Shown here: one piece after another, positions 60,755-64,000 of the stretch | Position numbering within the stretch: position 1 is the first letter of the stretch | Layout of the letters: each line of letters opens with the position of its first letter | Assembly: GCA_964035545.1 (NCBI GenBank) | Contig: OZ037772.1 | Span: forward strand, 9,851,150-9,915,149 | Reading direction: 5' to 3' | DNA from: Bugula neritina | Lineage: Eukaryota; Animalia; Bryozoa | Length of the DNA stretch: 64,000 nucleotides | Translations under genes and position numbers: made by a program | The notes under the pieces: model-generated | Databases searched by the model: none | Told to the model about the DNA's origin: nothing | What the model saw: only the letters and a program-made list of their open reading frames with translations

Positions 60755-63700
60755 ATGGCTCTGGATAGCTCAACAAGGGTCGTCCTTCAAAGGTTCATGT
60801 TGGATCGGTAAGTTTTTGCGCATTTTTTCTTAATTTGATTCTAAAAACAAAAGCAATAATGCACACCAAACCGTAAAGATATTTCATATGTATCTATCAC
60901 ACATGTATGTGGGGGCAGCCGTGGTCTAGGGGTTAGAGCGTTTGCCTAGTAAACACGAGGTCATGAATTTAAACCCCAACAAAGGCCATTGGTAATGTTA
61001 GAAAAAGCATGCTGTCATACTTGCTTCTGTGCCTCATTTGAATAAATCCTTAGCTCAATTTAACAAACACTCCTTCCATCAGGGGTTTTCTCACAGGAAT
61101 GGTGACTATAAACTTGGGTGACTTTTTGTCGTGTGTATCACATATGTATGTAAAAACTATTTCATTAAAGCAAATAAGTTATTAGTTTGTTCCTGTTAAA
61201 AGTGTAATGATGTTTTACTTTGCATTACTTTACCACTTTTACAGGCTCGAGGCAGAGGGATGTGATTCTAGTCAAATAGAGGATATACATTTGTTTATTG
61301 GTGAATTAATAGAAAGTCCTGAAGTGATTAGAGGAGTGAACTTGTTACATGATGCACGTGAGTGTATACTTGAAATATTCTAGTATAAGTTTAGTGTTGC
61401 CTCTACCCAGTGGCCCTGATGGGGAAATAGTTAATATGCCTGCTTGTACGCCGAAAGTCTCTGGTTCGAGTCCCAGTGGAGGCCAAAGTTTTATAATAAG
61501 TTTAATAATTATTGCATTAACATTTTAATTACCAGAAACTTTGATCTATTAAATAAGTAAGCAGATATTAATGCTGCTAAATAGTAAATAGTTAAAAAAT
61601 GGGAAGTATGATAGTTTTATAAACAATTATTGTTACAATTCAATAAAGTCATGGTGTCAAGCAAGAATTTAATGCGCAGTAAAACAATTAGGATGTGACA
61701 GAATTTAACTTCACCAGCTTTGTAAGGTGATGTGGATTACTAGAATACTTTGAATTATCCTGTTGAATAAAACAACCTATGTCTTGCATTGGGTTAAAAA
61801 CTTCTTGCTATTGAAACAAAACTGGGGGTTAAACTATAAATAAATTAGCTGCTTTTGCTTGATTAAAGTATGTTATTTCAAAACTAAACTGCATTTTGTG
61901 AAAACTCAAATTGCTAAAAAATACTTTTTGATAACATCTGCACAAATTCGAACAAGTTTTAGTATTTGTTTGATATATCAACATGGTATATCAACATGCA
62001 TCCATCAATTAATCAAAAAACAAGAAATGCCAATCATTATTTGATATAGTGATCTGTTCTGTTATTTTGTGTTAATTTTTTATGATCTGCATTGTAGGGG
62101 AACAGGCATTTGAAATTGAAGAATACAGGAAGTACATAACTGAATCTGCCGCCATTGTTTCAGAAGATCCAGAAGACCGCGAAGTGGTCATAGCAATAGA
62201 AGAAATAGCTGCTAAGCTATTTAAGAAGGGCAAATGTTCATGGAGAAGAATTTGCTTGGTAACTGAAATGACTTTTTAAAGAGTTGCCCAAATATTGTAA
62301 CAATAAAAATCCATACTTGATTAGAAGCTTTATTTGTTTAGGAATTTCACTGCTTAGAAGACAATTCCTAATAAGACCATATATAAACTATGTTCTTTAA
62401 AATGCTTGCAACACGATATGGGCATTGTGCCCTCCCTCCTCTTCCTTATAAAATGCTGGTAAGATAGTTTAGGAACTTTCTTAGTGGCTTCAGGGCAATT
62501 GTGACTAATTAGTTTTAATAACATCAATGACACTCGGGTGTTTGATGCTATGCGTAGTTGTCATAACATAAGCAATATATGATATTTGATGCACGTGTTG
62601 TATGAAACATATTTAATATATTTTTAGTACATAGTAATTGCTGTGGAGATGATAGTTAACCTAAGTGGGGACGCAAATCGGGAGCACTGGATTACCATAT
62701 TGGACAGAGTTCTGCTCCGGCTAGAGCTGGATCCTTGTAGAAAGTTTCTTGAAAAGAAAGGAGGCTGGGTTAGTTATAGCTTTTCCTTCTAGAATAGTCT
62801 ATTAAATTAATCTTGTAATAATTTATTGATGTTAAACTATGGTGAATCATGAAAATTATGATACATGGGGAGTAATGTAACATAAAATTTAATTGAGAAT
62901 ATTAATAGGTAGGTTTAATCTATGTCAAATAACAGCAGTAAATACAATCAGAATAATATGGCTGCGCCAGAAGACATTTAGGCTCGGTTGAAGTCTTTAT
63001 TTGACTTAAAAGATGTGTATGTAGCAGCAATAGTATTGGTAATAAATGATCGTGGTGCGTTCTTTTTCAAGAATAAATCCTTTTAGCCTTAGAGCAGCAG
63101 TAATTTCTGTTGATCGTGTTCAATTAGGATCTAAGTATAGGGAGTACTAGTTGCTTGTGTTGTGACTATTCGAAATGATAGTAGCATATTTATTGCTATA
63201 ATAAAAAAAGGTTTGCATGCTAAAACATTGTCTGTTTCAAGTTGATAACTGTGGCTAAATGTATGTAGTAGTATGAGTAGCAATAAGCTGTAGAAATGCT
63301 GTTTAATGCTTGTTATAGTAGTCAGTAATAGTGTTGGTAGCTTGTGGTAGTTTCAGTGAGTGAGAGAATACTCAGTGACAGTTATAAGTAACGTTCAGTC
63401 AATGGCAGTAGTAGCTAAAATCTACTGCAAGTAGGAGAAATGCTGAAAAATTTAATTGATTTTAGCCGGGCATGCAAAATTATTGTGTAGGCTATTACTT
63501 TATGTTTTGAAATAGAAAAAAAAATTTCGAGTTTATATAAATAGCACAAACCAAAAATACAGATTTGTATTTAACCTTTTGTTTTTGTGTTGCCATAGCA
63601 ACTATAGAAGTACAAAAAGTCTTTTTTATTGCAAAATTATATCTATTGTATGCGTACAACTGATGATTGTGACATATTGAATACAGGAAAAAGCACCACT

Positions 63701-63995
63701 TCCTAAAGCTGAATGCATCCAGGGCCCAAGCCTAAATCAATTGCAGGGCCCTTTGTTCTACGCCGCAATGGCCGGAGGTCTGGCAATCGGTGCAGCTGTG
63801 GCTAATTTGTATAATGTGGCTGAAAGACTCAACTCGAAACACACAGGAGAATCCAAATTAAACATAGATGCAGTCGGTATGTATATTTCACAAGTGTTTG
63901 ATTTCAAACGATTATTTGTTTAGCTTTACCAAATAGATGTTGATATGCTTATAGCTGTTATATTTTAATGTGTTTAATAAATTTTTTTAGGATGA
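60755..63995 (+). CDS. Divergent Bcl-2-family protein 9 (~220 aa) retaining a TM-like C-terminal segment
   Basis: Exons 60755-60807, 61245-61357, 62098-62258, 62628-62768, 63687-63876, 63991-63995 (G-stop; the unspliced alternative stops at 63923). BH4-like STRVVLQRFMLDRLEAEG, BH3-like LLHDAREQAFE, BH1 KLFKKGKCSWRRICL, BH2 KFLEKKGGW|, TM-like PLFYAAMAGGLAIGAAVANLY. Confidence 0.85.
60911..61120 (+). mobile_element. tRNA-derived SINE family A, full-length copy with TSD
   Basis: Family consensus; flanked by TATCACACATGTATGT (60895-60910) / TATCACATATGTATGT (61136-61151). Confidence 0.85.
61410..61490 (+). mobile_element. tRNA-like fragment, probable second SINE family or tRNA pseudogene
   Basis: B-box GGTTCGAGTCCC and tRNA-sized spacing; weakly similar minus-strand pieces near 46775-46980 and 52250-52450; a full cloverleaf is not convincing. 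Confidence 0.4.
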
Positions 63996-64000
63996 AGAAA

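Overview
AT-rich, intron-rich eukaryotic DNA, probably from an invertebrate animal; the taxon cannot be fixed from the sequence alone. All gene models were assembled by hand from GT-AG junctions with reading-frame checks. The left third holds three genes: a 12-exon minus-strand PH + IRS-type PTB (DOK-like) adaptor, a 9-exon secreted type-B carboxylesterase with an intact triad, and a 3-exon GPI-anchored Ly6/three-finger protein. The rest of the window (20.8-64 kb) is a same-strand tandem array of eight apparently intact, highly divergent Bcl-2-fold genes plus one chimeric pseudogene. The ORF track barely shows this array because the Bcl-2 domain is split over four short exons with identical intron phases (2,1,0,0). 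Every copy has lost the Gly of the BH1 NWGR motif. Six copies replace the usual C-terminal membrane anchor with a long, mutually unrelated, disordered last exon (128-618 aa). These tails carry NLS-like, LIR-like, SP/RS-rich and repeated motifs. A ~5.4-6.1 kb tandem duplication with its junction in a CA/GA microsatellite produced the chimeric pseudogene. Interspersed repeats include a tRNA-Thr-derived SINE family, a hAT-type MITE, two palindromes and microsatellites.
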